64,000 nucleotides of DNA from Thermoanaerobaculia bacterium. Lineage in GTDB: Bacteria > Acidobacteriota > Thermoanaerobaculia > Multivoradales > JAHEKO01. Both the position numbers and the translations under genes were made by a program. The stretch's first letter is position 1. Each line of letters begins with the position of its first letter. The notes under the pieces were generated by a model. The model saw nothing but the letters and a program-made list of their open reading frames with translations. It made no database searches and was not told the origin of the DNA. The stretch spans positions 139,093 to 203,092 of the forward strand of contig CAWAET010000004.1 in NCBI GenBank assembly GCA_963781065.1. The letters are read 5' to 3'. This document shows positions 18,262-27,835 of the stretch, in pieces.

Positions 18262-19998
18262 CTACAAGCTCTGCTTGGTCGTCACCAACCACTGCACACT
18301 GTCGATCGTGCCGTCCCCGTCCAGCGGGAAGGCGACGTCGACGTGCACGATCGACTTGCCGCTCGAGCGGCTGGGGCTGATCCGCAGGCCGAAGCCGACG
18401 TCCTTGAGCACGCCCGGGTCCTCGGGGCCGTTGCGCCGGTTGTTGAACCAGGCGCGGCCGGCGTCGAAGAACACCGCCGCGGCGACGTCAGCCAGATGGA
18501 AAGCCTCCCAGCCGGTGAAGAACCGCTGCTCGACGCTGAACAGCCAGCGGCGGTTGCCCTCCTGGAAGCGCAGCGGATAGCCGCGCAGGCCGCTGTCGCC
18601 GCCGATGGTGAGCTGGCGCTCGGGGTCGAGGTTGTCGACCAGGTCGCCCTGGAGCTCGGCGAAGAACAGGTGCTCGCCCCAGTTGCGCCAATAGAAGCGG
18701 ACCCGGCTGCTGGCGCCCAGCGAGTCGAGCTCGTCGCTGCCGGTGCGCGCCCCCAGGGCGTTGTCGCTGAACAGCAGCATTCCCTTGCCCGGGCGGAAGC
18801 CGCGCGAGGCGGCGAGGGAGACCACCGCCAGGTCGTCGGTGGCGCCAAGGGCGGTCGATGCCCAGCCGAGGCGGGCGCGCAGCCGCACCCCCAGGTTGAC
18901 GTCTTCGGTGCGGGCGATCTTCTCCAGGTCCTTGATCTCGACGAAGCGGTCCTCGATCCACTCATAGTCCACCCACGGCCGTGAGAAGGACCGTTCGGGG
19001 GGGATCGGCACGTCGGCGGCGGTGCCCGGGACGGCAAAGAACTGGTCGCGGTCGTAGGTGAAGCCGAAGGTCCAGCGGTGCGCCGCGCCCTGGCGCAGAC
19101 CGGACGAGAGGCCCCAGTAGGCCTCGTAGAGCTCGATCTTGTGCCCCAGCCGGCTAATCCTCTCGCCGCGATCGAACTGGGGATCGATGCGCTCCTCATC
19201 GAGGAGGATCAACCCCGACGCGCGGCGGGCGTCGAGCGCGTGGAACGGCTTCCACAGCTTGAGCAGATAGCGATTGCCGTCGCTGTTGGTCGACAGCGAG
19301 ATCTCGGTCGAGACGCGGCTACCGAACAAGGTGTCCTCGCGGTAGACGAGCTCCGAGGTGGTGCGATCAACGCCGGAGGTGCGCTTGACCCCCAGCTCCC
19401 TGCCGCTGCCGAGAAAGTTCTCGTCGCGCAGATGGAGGGTGAGGTCGTTCTCGCCGCCGGCGCGGCCGAAGCTGACGCCTCCGGTCAGGGTCCAGACGTC
19501 GCGGGTGCGCACCACGACGTCCACCTTGCCGTCGCGGTAGCGCACCGGCTCGATCTCGGCCTCGTAAAGGTAGTCGCGGGTGCGCAGGATGCGCTCCGAC
19601 TCGTCGAGCAGCCGCCGCGAGTAGGGATCGCCTTCGCCAAACAGCAGGTCCTCGCGGATTACCTGGTCACGGGTGTTGATGTGCAGCGCGTTGACCCAGC
19701 GGTAGACCCGCCAGTTCTCGTGCGGGTCCTCTTCGTCGAAGATGTCGCCGACCCGCACGATCACCCTGCCGATGCGCGCCTGTTCCGCCTCGAGAACCTC
19801 GTCGGACGGCATCGGCGCCGGCCCGGGTGCCGGGCCGGGAACCGGGCCGTTCGCCGCCGCCGAGGCCAGCGCTACCGGCAGCCCTGGCTGCCCCAACGCC
19901 GGCAGCGCCGAGATCGCCACCAGCAGCAGGACGACTGCCGCGATCGAGACGCCGCCTCGACGCGGCGGCCGGCCGTTCCCTGAAGGCAGTTCCGACAT
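18262..19998 (-). CDS. Omp85/BamA-family outer-membrane protein (POTRA + surface-antigen beta-barrel)
   Basis: 578 aa. The N-terminal region IGRVIVRVGDIFDEED...INTRDQVIREDLLFGEGDPY is POTRA-like. The C-terminal beta-barrel carries GLRGYP and ends ...VQWLVTTKQSL. Confidence 0.8.
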   Translation of the reverse strand: MSELPSGNGRPPRRGGVSIAAVVLLLVAISALPALGQPGLPVALASAAANGPVPGPAPGPAPMPSDEVLEAEQARIGRVIVRVGDIFDEEDPHENWRVYRWVNALHINTRDQVIREDLLFGEGDPYSRRLLDESERILRTRDYLYEAEIEPVRYRDGKVDVVVRTRDVWTLTGGVSFGRAGGENDLTLHLRDENFLGSGRELGVKRTSGVDRTTSELVYREDTLFGSRVSTEISLSTNSDGNRYLLKLWKPFHALDARRASGLILLDEERIDPQFDRGERISRLGHKIELYEAYWGLSSGLRQGAAHRWTFGFTYDRDQFFAVPGTAADVPIPPERSFSRPWVDYEWIEDRFVEIKDLEKIARTEDVNLGVRLRARLGWASTALGATDDLAVVSLAASRGFRPGKGMLLFSDNALGARTGSDELDSLGASSRVRFYWRNWGEHLFFAELQGDLVDNLDPERQLTIGGDSGLRGYPLRFQEGNRRWLFSVEQRFFTGWEAFHLADVAAAVFFDAGRAWFNNRRNGPEDPGVLKDVGFGLRISPSRSSGKSIVHVDVAFPLDGDGTIDSVQWLVTTKQSL

Positions 19999-20148
19999 TC
20001 TCCGGGGGCGGATCCTACTGCGCCCGCACCCGGCCGTGCACCGCCCCCGGCGACGAGCGGCGCGACGGGGCGCTCACCGGGAAAGCCCGGCCCCGAGGCC
20101 ACGGGCGCCGCAGCGGCGGGCCGCGGTGCTCCGGTAGGATCGGCGGCC

Positions 20149-20919
20149 ATGGCGCTGCGCATCCTGCTGCTTCAGGCCCGGGACGAGGACGACCCCATGC
20201 GGGAGGAGGAGGTCCTCTCTTTCGCCGCAAAGACGCGCCTCACCCCCGAGCAGTTCGACCAGCACGACCTGCTGGCCGGGCCGCCCGAGTTGTCGCGGGT
20301 GCTCGACCACGACGCCATGATGGTCGGCGGCAGCGGCGACTACTACGTCTCGAAGCGCAACCTGCCGGCCTTCGACGAGCTGCTCGCGGTGCTCGCCGAG
20401 GTGGTCGCCGCCGGCCACCCCACCTTCGCCTCCTGCTTCGGCTTTCAGCTGCTGACCGTCGCCCTGGGCGGCGAGATCATCCACGACCCGGAGTCGACCG
20501 AGGTCGGCACCTACGAGCTCGAGCTCACCGAGGCGGGCGCGCGCGACAGCCTGCTGGGCTCGCTGCCGCGCCGCTTCATGGCGCAGCTGGGCCGCAAGGA
20601 CCGCGCCTCCCGGCTGCCGCCCGGCGTCAGCAACCTGGCCTCGAGCCGGCGCAACCCCCATCAGGCCTTCCGGGTGCCGGGGCAGCCGGTATGGGCCACC
20701 CAGTTCCATCCCGAGCTCGACGCCCGCACCAACAAGGACCGCTTCATCCGCTATCTCGACGCCTACGCGATGCACATGACCCCCGAGGAGAAGCGCACGG
20801 CGCTGAGCCGCTACCACGAGAGCCCGGAGACGGCGGCGCTGCTGCCCGCCTTCCTGCGCCTGGTCTTCGGCGAACGGCACGCTCCGGCGGTGGTCGCCAT
20901 TCCACAAGGAAACCGATGA
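20149..20919 (+). CDS. class I glutamine amidotransferase-like protein
   Basis: 256 aa with nucleophile-elbow context FASCFGFQLL and QFHPE near the C-terminus. The stop overlaps the proC start. Confidence 0.8.
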   Translation: MALRILLLQARDEDDPMREEEVLSFAAKTRLTPEQFDQHDLLAGPPELSRVLDHDAMMVGGSGDYYVSKRNLPAFDELLAVLAEVVAAGHPTFASCFGFQLLTVALGGEIIHDPESTEVGTYELELTEAGARDSLLGSLPRRFMAQLGRKDRASRLPPGVSNLASSRRNPHQAFRVPGQPVWATQFHPELDARTNKDRFIRYLDAYAMHMTPEEKRTALSRYHESPETAALLPAFLRLVFGERHAPAVVAIPQGNR

Positions 20920-21734
20920 TGAGCCAGCTGAACTTCGACAAGGTCGCGGTCCTCGGGGCCGGCAAGATGGGCAACACCCTGATCCACGCCATGCGCCAGG
21001 GCGGGCTGGCGGCGGAGCGGATCGTCGCCACCGGCCGCCGCGAAGCGGAGCTCGGCCGCCTCGCCGAGCGCGAGGGCGTCGCGGTCGGCCGCGACAATCG
21101 CGCGGCGGTCGCCGGCGCCGACCTGGTGCTGCTGTGCGTCAAGCCGCAGGTGGTTGCCGAGGTGCTGGATCAGATCGGCGACGCCATGGGCGACGGTCAG
21201 GTGCTGGTCTCGATCGCCGCCGGCGCCACCACCGCCCTGCTCGAAAAGCACCTGCCGGACGGGGTGCCGGTGATCCGGGCGATGCCCAACACCCCGAGCC
21301 TGATCGGCGCCGGCATGACGGCGCTGTGCGGCGGCCGTTGGGCGTCCGAAGAGCAGATCGAGACGGCGCGGCGGGTCTTCGCCGGCATGGGCCGCACCAT
21401 GGTGCTCGACGAGAAGCTCTTCGACGCCGTCACCGGCCTGTCGGCCAGCGGCCCGGCCTTTGTCTACATCATCATCGAGGCGCTGGCCGAGGGCGGAGTC
21501 AAGGCCGGTCTGCCGCGCAAGGTGGCCACCGAGCTGGCGGCGGCGGCGTGTTTTGGCGCCGCCAAGATGGTGCTCGACACCGAGGCCCACCCGGCGCTGC
21601 TCAAGGACGACGTCACCACGCCGGCCGGCTGCACCATGGACGGCATCCTGATGCTGGAAGAGGGCGGCCTGCGGGTGACCCTGATCAAGGCGGTGATCGA
21701 GGCCACCCGGCGCGCCGGCGAGCTGGTGGACTAG
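20916..21734 (+). CDS. proC: pyrroline-5-carboxylate reductase
   Basis: From ATG 20916: VAVLGAGKMGNTL (Rossmann), VKPQ, AMPNTPSLIG, SGPAFVYIIIEALAEGGVKAGLPR, DVTTPAGCT. The track ORF 19827..21734 is over-extended. Confidence 0.92.
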   Translation: MMSQLNFDKVAVLGAGKMGNTLIHAMRQGGLAAERIVATGRREAELGRLAEREGVAVGRDNRAAVAGADLVLLCVKPQVVAEVLDQIGDAMGDGQVLVSIAAGATTALLEKHLPDGVPVIRAMPNTPSLIGAGMTALCGGRWASEEQIETARRVFAGMGRTMVLDEKLFDAVTGLSASGPAFVYIIIEALAEGGVKAGLPRKVATELAAAACFGAAKMVLDTEAHPALLKDDVTTPAGCTMDGILMLEEGGLRVTLIKAVIEATRRAGELVD

Positions 21735-21752
21735 CTTGGGCGGTGCGGCCGT

Positions 21753-22562
21753 TCAGACCACGATGTAGTCGCCCGGCGCGTAGTCGTGCTTGGCGTTCTC
21801 GATCAGGTCGGCCTCGGCGTCACGCCGCTTGAGCAGGCCGTCGAGGCCCTTGCCGACCCACAGCCGCTTCATCTGGCGCACCAGGTCGGCCATCTTCTCG
21901 AGGTCGCCGGCCTTGACGGCCGGGGCCAGGTCCGCCATCTCCTTGCGGCTCGCGCCGCTCTTGCTGGTCCCCCGGTTGTAGACCAGTGACAGCATCCCGC
22001 CCTGGGCATCCGCGGGCAGCTTGTCGACGCCGGGGAACGCTTTCAGGGTCATTTTCGCATAGCGGCTGAGCGTCTTCTCGTTGAACACGGACCGGGCTTC
22101 GTTGAAGGGCACTTTCAGACCCACGTCCGCCAGCCGCTTGGCGGCATCCCGCGCCGGGCTGCCCTTCAGACTGGCGACGCCTTTAAGATCCTGGACATAG
22201 GCATCGGCGATCCGGCCCCCCCAGTCCGCCTCGATCTGACTGGCGGAGTTGTAGCCGACGTCATACCCGATCCCGACCGTCACGCCGCTCTTTCCTCCCG
22301 GCCAGGTCGGCTTGGCGAGCCGCCGCGTGTAGTAGCTCTCGCTGATCACCTCGAACGCGACGATCATCTCGACCGCCTTCGTCGAGGGGGTCATCGAGTG
22401 CAGCGCGTCCTTGGTTCGCTTTGGCGCCCCCGCGCTGGACTCCTTGACCATGGAGAAGCCGAGCCGCAGCTCCGCGGCGGTCAGGGTCGCCGGCCCGATG
22501 ATCCCGTCGGCGGTGACACCCAACGCCTTCTGAATTCGCGCAATTCGTTCTTTCTGGTTCAT
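21753..22562 (-). CDS. peptidoglycan-binding-domain + T4-lysozyme-fold (GH24/pesticin-like) muramidase, no signal peptide
   Basis: 269 aa with an AAGGAGG SD. PG_binding_1-like IARIQKALGVTADGIIGPATL. Lysozyme-like AFEVISESYY...GVTVGIGYDVGY...LSLVYNRG...GLLKRRDAEADLI. Markedly lower GC than its neighbours. Confidence 0.75.
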   Translation of the reverse strand: MNQKERIARIQKALGVTADGIIGPATLTAAELRLGFSMVKESSAGAPKRTKDALHSMTPSTKAVEMIVAFEVISESYYTRRLAKPTWPGGKSGVTVGIGYDVGYNSASQIEADWGGRIADAYVQDLKGVASLKGSPARDAAKRLADVGLKVPFNEARSVFNEKTLSRYAKMTLKAFPGVDKLPADAQGGMLSLVYNRGTSKSGASRKEMADLAPAVKAGDLEKMADLVRQMKRLWVGKGLDGLLKRRDAEADLIENAKHDYAPGDYIVV

Positions 22563-22624
22563 GCCGTCCTCCTTGGGGTAGGTGGTGCCAGTCTCTTGCG
22601 AGATCTGCGGCCACCACCGAGCGA

Positions 22625-23641
22625 CTACTCGCCGTTCAGCGGTCCCGCGCGGAAATAGGTGCCGTCGAAATAGGCCCGGGCACCGTGGTAGTAGCCGGTG
22701 TTCTCCGCCTTCACTTCCATTCTCTCGCCGTCGAAGAGGAACTCGATGCGGGCGGCCTCGCCGTCGACGGCGGCCTCCGCATCGGTATCGACAAAGACCG
22801 CCAGGCGCTGGTCCGGATCGGCAAACGGCGCGAATCCCCGGATCTCGCCCAGGTGATGGCTCGGGCCGCGGGCGACGCTGATGTCGAACTGCAGGCCGGC
22901 GGCCCCCGCCGGTCCGCCGGCGAGGCGCAACACCATCCGTCCGCCGGCCTCATCCACCCAGACGCCGTCGACTCGCCCCTCCGGGTTGCCCCGGCCATAG
23001 GTCTCCAGAAACCTCGTCCGGGCTTCAGTCAATCCGGCGAGAGACTCCCAGTACCGGGCGCTGGTGTCCGGATCGCCGTCCGCCTCCTCGTCGAGCGCGG
23101 CCTGAAACTCGGCAATCGAGTCCCGGTATTCGATCCAGTCCCGCTGGCGCTGGCGAAGATCCGCCCTTCCCCCCTCGGGCAGGAGCTCCATCGCGCTTCG
23201 GTAGGCGGCATTCAACGCAGCGTCCGCCTCACCGTGGCGTTCCCGGGCAAGTTGCAGTCGCGCCGCCCGATCGAGCCGCCGATAGGTCCCGCTGGGATCC
23301 GGCGCCACCGGGTCGGCCCCCTTCCCGGCGACGATCACGATCGCCTCGCTCGCTTCGCCCGCAGCGATCCGCAGAAACAACTCGCCGACGACGGGGGCCT
23401 CCTCGCTGTCCTCCCGCTGGGCCGTCAGCGGGCCGCGATGGACCCCGTCCGCGAGCCGGGTGTCGGCATGGAAGATCCCGGCCTCGGTCCTCAACTCACA
23501 CGTCAGGTCCGATCCGTCCCGGGGCCAGACAGTGAGGCGCTCCCGATTCGGACCGAGGAACTCGGCATCGGTTGCGTGGCCGATGCCGGCCGTCGCCAGC
23601 AGCAAGAAAAGGACTAGAGCGTTCAGTAATTTGATGATCAA
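22625..23641 (-). CDS. periplasmic DUF1311 (LprI lysozyme-inhibitor-like) domain protein
   Basis: 338 aa from TTG 23641 (GAGGG 6 nt upstream). Signal peptide LNALVLFLLLATAGIGHA. The central helical segment ADAALNAAYRSAMELLPEGGRADLRQRQRDWIEYRDS is the DUF1311 signature as I remember it. Lies upstream of, and on the same strand as, the muramidase. Confidence 0.7.
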   Translation of the reverse strand: MIIKLLNALVLFLLLATAGIGHATDAEFLGPNRERLTVWPRDGSDLTCELRTEAGIFHADTRLADGVHRGPLTAQREDSEEAPVVGELFLRIAAGEASEAIVIVAGKGADPVAPDPSGTYRRLDRAARLQLARERHGEADAALNAAYRSAMELLPEGGRADLRQRQRDWIEYRDSIAEFQAALDEEADGDPDTSARYWESLAGLTEARTRFLETYGRGNPEGRVDGVWVDEAGGRMVLRLAGGPAGAAGLQFDISVARGPSHHLGEIRGFAPFADPDQRLAVFVDTDAEAAVDGEAARIEFLFDGERMEVKAENTGYYHGARAYFDGTYFRAGPLNGE

Positions 23642-23686
23642 TCATACCCTCGGGCAAGTCGGAACGTCCAGAGCCGCCAGGGTGCC

Positions 23687-24907
23687 ATGCTGACGACGAG
23701 CGACGAAGATCAGCCGGCGGCGGGCGTAGTAGGCTACCCGCTATCGATCGCTTCGGATACTAGAAACCTCTTGGAACAAGCTCCAGCAGGCCAGTTGGCG
23801 CCGCGAGAAGCGCGACATTTCCGGCGGCCCGGCCCGGGCCATGCGGGCATCTCGACGGGCGAGTTGCGCTTTGTTCTCGTTCTTTGGCTCGCCTCACGGG
23901 CGTTCGTCCTCGCCTGTCTCTGGCTCTGGTCGGAGGATCCGCTGGCCGCCGTCAGGAACTGGGATGCGGGCTGGTTCCTCGAGCTGGCCCGGACGGGGTA
24001 CGTGCAGCCGTATCAGGCGGCGTTCTTTCCCGGTTTTCCCTCGGTCGTGGCCGCGACCGAAACCCTCACGGGCAACCTGACGACCGCGGCTCTCGCAGCC
24101 AATGCGATCCTCTCGCTCACCGTCGCGGCACTGCTCTATGCGGTCGCTCGGCTTCACCTCGACGTACGGGCCTCGCGCATCGCGCTGGCGGTCGTTCTGT
24201 TTCACCCGTTGTCCTTCTTCCTGTCGATTCCCTACTCGGAAGCGCTCTTCCTGGTCGCGATTCTCGGCATGTTCCTTGCCGCGGAGAGGAGCCGGCTCCT
24301 CGTGGCGGCTGTGTTCGCGGCCGCGGCTACCCTGACCCGGAACACCGGCATCCTGCTGGTCTTGCCCCTCGCCTGCTTCGCCTGGATGCAACTGCGCTCG
24401 CAGCGGCCCGGCGGCACTCCGACCCGGGTCGCCAAGGGCCTCCTCGTCGCGGCCGTCCCACTTCTCGCCCTGGCCGGCTACATGGCCTTCACCTGGTTGC
24501 GGTTCGGAGATCCGCTGCTCTTCTTCCGCTCCCAGAGCCACTGGCAGGACCATATTGCTCTTGGACCGCCGTTCGCCGCCCTCCTGCGCGACCTCGGCCG
24601 CTGGCGCGCCTGGGTCGACCACCATCTTCTCTTCTCGCTGGCCGGCATCTATCTCTCCTGGAGGGTCTTGCGCCGGTGGCCTACCCCGTATGGCCTGCTC
24701 GTCTTGCCGGCCGCGGGTCTCTCCTTCTGCCTGACGAAGCTCGCCATCACTCCCCGGCTGCATCTGGTTCTCTTTCCGCTTTGGCTCGAAGCGGGAAGCC
24801 TGCTCGCCGGCAAGCCGCGCTGGCTGCGGCTGCTGGCCCTGGTGGCGGCCCTCGCCTGGGGCGCGGGCCTGATATTCCGGTTTGCCGCCGGCCAGTGGGT
24901 CGACTAG
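23687..24907 (+). CDS. polytopic membrane glycosyltransferase, PIG-V / GT-C-like mannosyltransferase family
   Basis: About 10 predicted TM helices. The motif NWDAGWFLELARTGY....AFFPGFP resembles WD..WY..IA..GY...aFFPlyP of PIG-V-like proteins. The start is uncertain; an internal TTG near 23863 is possible. Confidence 0.65.
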   Translation: MLTTSDEDQPAAGVVGYPLSIASDTRNLLEQAPAGQLAPREARHFRRPGPGHAGISTGELRFVLVLWLASRAFVLACLWLWSEDPLAAVRNWDAGWFLELARTGYVQPYQAAFFPGFPSVVAATETLTGNLTTAALAANAILSLTVAALLYAVARLHLDVRASRIALAVVLFHPLSFFLSIPYSEALFLVAILGMFLAAERSRLLVAAVFAAAATLTRNTGILLVLPLACFAWMQLRSQRPGGTPTRVAKGLLVAAVPLLALAGYMAFTWLRFGDPLLFFRSQSHWQDHIALGPPFAALLRDLGRWRAWVDHHLLFSLAGIYLSWRVLRRWPTPYGLLVLPAAGLSFCLTKLAITPRLHLVLFPLWLEAGSLLAGKPRWLRLLALVAALAWGAGLIFRFAAGQWVD

Positions 24908-24962
24908 GTGCGGCCGGCCGCCTGTCTCGTGGCGCGGTCCGTGCCTGGGATATCGTCCTCGA

Positions 24963-27752
24963 ATGGCCGACCGGGATGTCTCTCAGACCCTGCTCGACCT
25001 GGTGCGTCAGGTCACCGAGGAGCTGCACCCGGGCCGCGAGCTGCGTCGGCTGGCGCTCGACAGCTCGCTCGACAAGGATCTGGGCCTCGACAGCCTGGGC
25101 CGGGCGGAGCTGCTCTCGCGGCTGGAGAAGGCGTTCGAGGTGGCCCTGCCGGAGAGCCTGGTGGCCTCGGCCGAGACGCCGCGCGACCTGTTGCGGGCGG
25201 TGTCGAGCGCCGGCAAGGCGCCGGGCGTGCCGGCGGCGGAGCTCGAGCCGATGGCGGCGACGCTGAGCGCGGACGAGGCGGTGCCGCACGGCGCCCACAC
25301 CCTGGTCGAGGTGCTCGAGTGGCACGTCGAGCGCCACCCCGACCGCCGCCACGTCGCTTACCTGCCCAGCGACGGGGTGGTCGAGGAGCTCACCTACGGC
25401 CAGCTCTTCGAGCGCGCCAGCCGCATCGCCGCCGGGTTGGAGGCGGCGGGCCTCGAACCGGGCCAGAAGGCCGGGCTGATGCTGCCCAGCGGGCTGGACT
25501 ACTTCGCCACCTTCTTCGGCGTGCTCATCGCCGGCGCCGTGCCGGTGCCGCTCTACCCGCCGGTACGGCCGAGCCAGCTCGAGGACCATCTGCGGCGGCA
25601 GGCCGGAATCCTCAACACCGCCCAGGCCCGCGTGCTGGTGGCGATGCCCGAGGTGCTGCAGCTGGCGCGGCTGGTCAAGGCACAGATCCCCACCCTCTCC
25701 GGCGTGCTCACGGTCGCGGAACTCGGCGCCACCACCACGCCGCCACGGCGGCCGGTCCTCAAGCCTGACGACGTCGCCTTCCTCCAGTTCACCTCGGGCA
25801 GCACCTCGGATCCCAAGGGGGTGATCCTCACCCACGCCAACCTGCTGGCCAACCTGCGCGCCATCGACGCTTCGATCGAGCTCGGGCCCCACGACACGGT
25901 GGTGAGCTGGCTGCCGCTCTACCACGACATGGGCCTGATCGGCGCCTGGATGGGGTCGCTCTACTTCGCCATGCAGCTCGTCCTGATGTCGCCGCTGGCC
26001 TTCCTCACCCGGCCGGCGCGCTGGCTCAAGGCGGTGCACAAGTACCGCGGCACGCTGTCGGCGGCGCCCAACTTCGCCTACGAGCTGTGCCTCAAGAAGA
26101 TCGACGACAGCGAGATCGAGGGCATCGATCTCTCCTCCTGGCGGGCGTCGCTCAACGGCGCCGAGCCGGTGAGCCCCGAGACCATCCGCCGCTTCAGCGA
26201 GCGCTTCGCGCCCTACGGCTTCAAGCCCGGCGCCATGCTGCCGGTCTACGGCCTGGCCGAGAACTCCCTCGCCGTGGCCTTCCCACCGTGGGGCCGCGGC
26301 CCCCGGATCGACGCGGTCAAGCGTCTCGAGCTGAGCGGCGCCGGTGAAGCGTTGCCGGCCGGCGACGACGACGAGGACGCGCTGCGCTTCGTCGGCTGCG
26401 GCTACCCCCTGCCCGGCCACGAGATCCGCATCGTCGACGCCACCGGCAACGAGCTGGCGGAGCGGCGCGAGGGGCGCATCCAGTTCCGCGGCCCCTCGGC
26501 GACCAGCGGCTACTTCCGCAACCCCGCGGCCACCGCCGCCTTGTTCGACGGCGACTGGCTGGACTCGGGCGACCGGGGCTACATCGCCGAGGGCGAGATC
26601 TACATCACCGGCCGGGCCAAGGACATGATCATCCGCGCCGGGCGCAACATCTACCCGCAGGAGCTCGAGGAGGCGGTGGGCAACCTCGAGGGCGTGCGCA
26701 AGGGCTGCGTCGCGGTCTTCGGCAGCACCGATGCGGCGACCGGGACCGAGAAGCTGATCGTCCTGGCCGAGATCCGCGAGAGCGACGAGGAGGCGCGCCA
26801 GCGGCTGCGCGACGAGATCCAGAGCGTCGCCGTCGACCTCGCCGGCACCCCCGCCGACGACGTAGTGCTGGTCGCGCCGCAGACGGTGCCCAAGACCTCG
26901 AGCGGCAAGATCCGCCGCGCCGCCGGGCGCGAGCTCTACGAGGGCCGCCGCCTGGGCAGCCGCGGGCCGGTCTGGTGGCAGGTGGCGCGGCTCGCCCTGG
27001 CCGGGGCCAGGCCGCAGCTCAAGCGCTCGGCCCAGGCCGCCGGCGAGGTGCTGTACGCGGGCCGCTTCTGGCTCACCGTGGGGCTCGCGGTGCTGCCGGT
27101 GGCGGCGGGCGTGACGCTGCTGCCCAAGCTCGCCCGCCGCCGCCGGGTGGCGCGCGGCGCCGCCCGCCAGCTGGCCAGGTTGACCTCGATGCCGCTGCGC
27201 ATCGACGGCCTCGACCACCTGCGCGACGCCGGGCCGCTGGTCATCGCCGCCAACCACGCCAGCTATCTCGACGCCTTCGCCTTGACCGCGGCGCTGCCCA
27301 CCGCGGGCGCCTTCCTGGCCAAACGCGAGCTGAGCGACAGCTTTCTCGCCCGCCTGCTGCTGGAACGGCTGGGCGCGTTGTTCGTCGAGCGGTTCGACGC
27401 CGAGAAGAGCGTCGAAGACACCCAGCGAGCGCTGGCGGCGATCCGCGACGGCGAGTCGCTGCTGTTCTTCCCCGAGGGCACCTTCGACCGCGCTCCGGGC
27501 CTGAGGCCGTTCCGCATGGGCGCCTTCTACGTCGCCGCCCAGGCCGGCGCGCCGGTGGTGCCGGTGGCGATCCGCGGCACCCGGTCGATGCTGCGCGGCG
27601 ACGACTGGTTCCCGCGGCGCGGCGCGATCACCATCACCATCCGCCCGCCGATCGCCCCGGAGGGCAACGACCTGGCGGCGGCGGTGCGGCTGCGCGACAA
27701 GGTGCGGGCCGAGATCCTGGCGCACTGCGGCGAGCCGGATCTGGGCGGGTAG
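24963..27752 (+). CDS. tri-domain ACP - fatty acyl-AMP ligase (FAAL) - TM - lysophospholipid acyltransferase (AGPAT/PlsC-like) fusion
   Basis: From ATG 24963: carrier motif LGLDSLGRAEL. FAAL motifs FLQFTSGSTSDPKGV, APNFAYELC, GDRGY, SSGKIRR. Two hydrophobic helices. Acyltransferase motifs NHASYLD (HX4D) and FFPEGT. Confidence 0.85.
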   Translation: MADRDVSQTLLDLVRQVTEELHPGRELRRLALDSSLDKDLGLDSLGRAELLSRLEKAFEVALPESLVASAETPRDLLRAVSSAGKAPGVPAAELEPMAATLSADEAVPHGAHTLVEVLEWHVERHPDRRHVAYLPSDGVVEELTYGQLFERASRIAAGLEAAGLEPGQKAGLMLPSGLDYFATFFGVLIAGAVPVPLYPPVRPSQLEDHLRRQAGILNTAQARVLVAMPEVLQLARLVKAQIPTLSGVLTVAELGATTTPPRRPVLKPDDVAFLQFTSGSTSDPKGVILTHANLLANLRAIDASIELGPHDTVVSWLPLYHDMGLIGAWMGSLYFAMQLVLMSPLAFLTRPARWLKAVHKYRGTLSAAPNFAYELCLKKIDDSEIEGIDLSSWRASLNGAEPVSPETIRRFSERFAPYGFKPGAMLPVYGLAENSLAVAFPPWGRGPRIDAVKRLELSGAGEALPAGDDDEDALRFVGCGYPLPGHEIRIVDATGNELAERREGRIQFRGPSATSGYFRNPAATAALFDGDWLDSGDRGYIAEGEIYITGRAKDMIIRAGRNIYPQELEEAVGNLEGVRKGCVAVFGSTDAATGTEKLIVLAEIRESDEEARQRLRDEIQSVAVDLAGTPADDVVLVAPQTVPKTSSGKIRRAAGRELYEGRRLGSRGPVWWQVARLALAGARPQLKRSAQAAGEVLYAGRFWLTVGLAVLPVAAGVTLLPKLARRRRVARGAARQLARLTSMPLRIDGLDHLRDAGPLVIAANHASYLDAFALTAALPTAGAFLAKRELSDSFLARLLLERLGALFVERFDAEKSVEDTQRALAAIRDGESLLFFPEGTFDRAPGLRPFRMGAFYVAAQAGAPVVPVAIRGTRSMLRGDDWFPRRGAITITIRPPIAPEGNDLAAAVRLRDKVRAEILAHCGEPDLGG

Positions 27753-27835
27753 CCGCGGGCAGGCCGGAAGCCGAAGAGCGACCCGAGGGCGGAAGTAGCT
27801 GGTTGGGCGTCAGTGCCGAAGGGCCGGCCGGCTCG

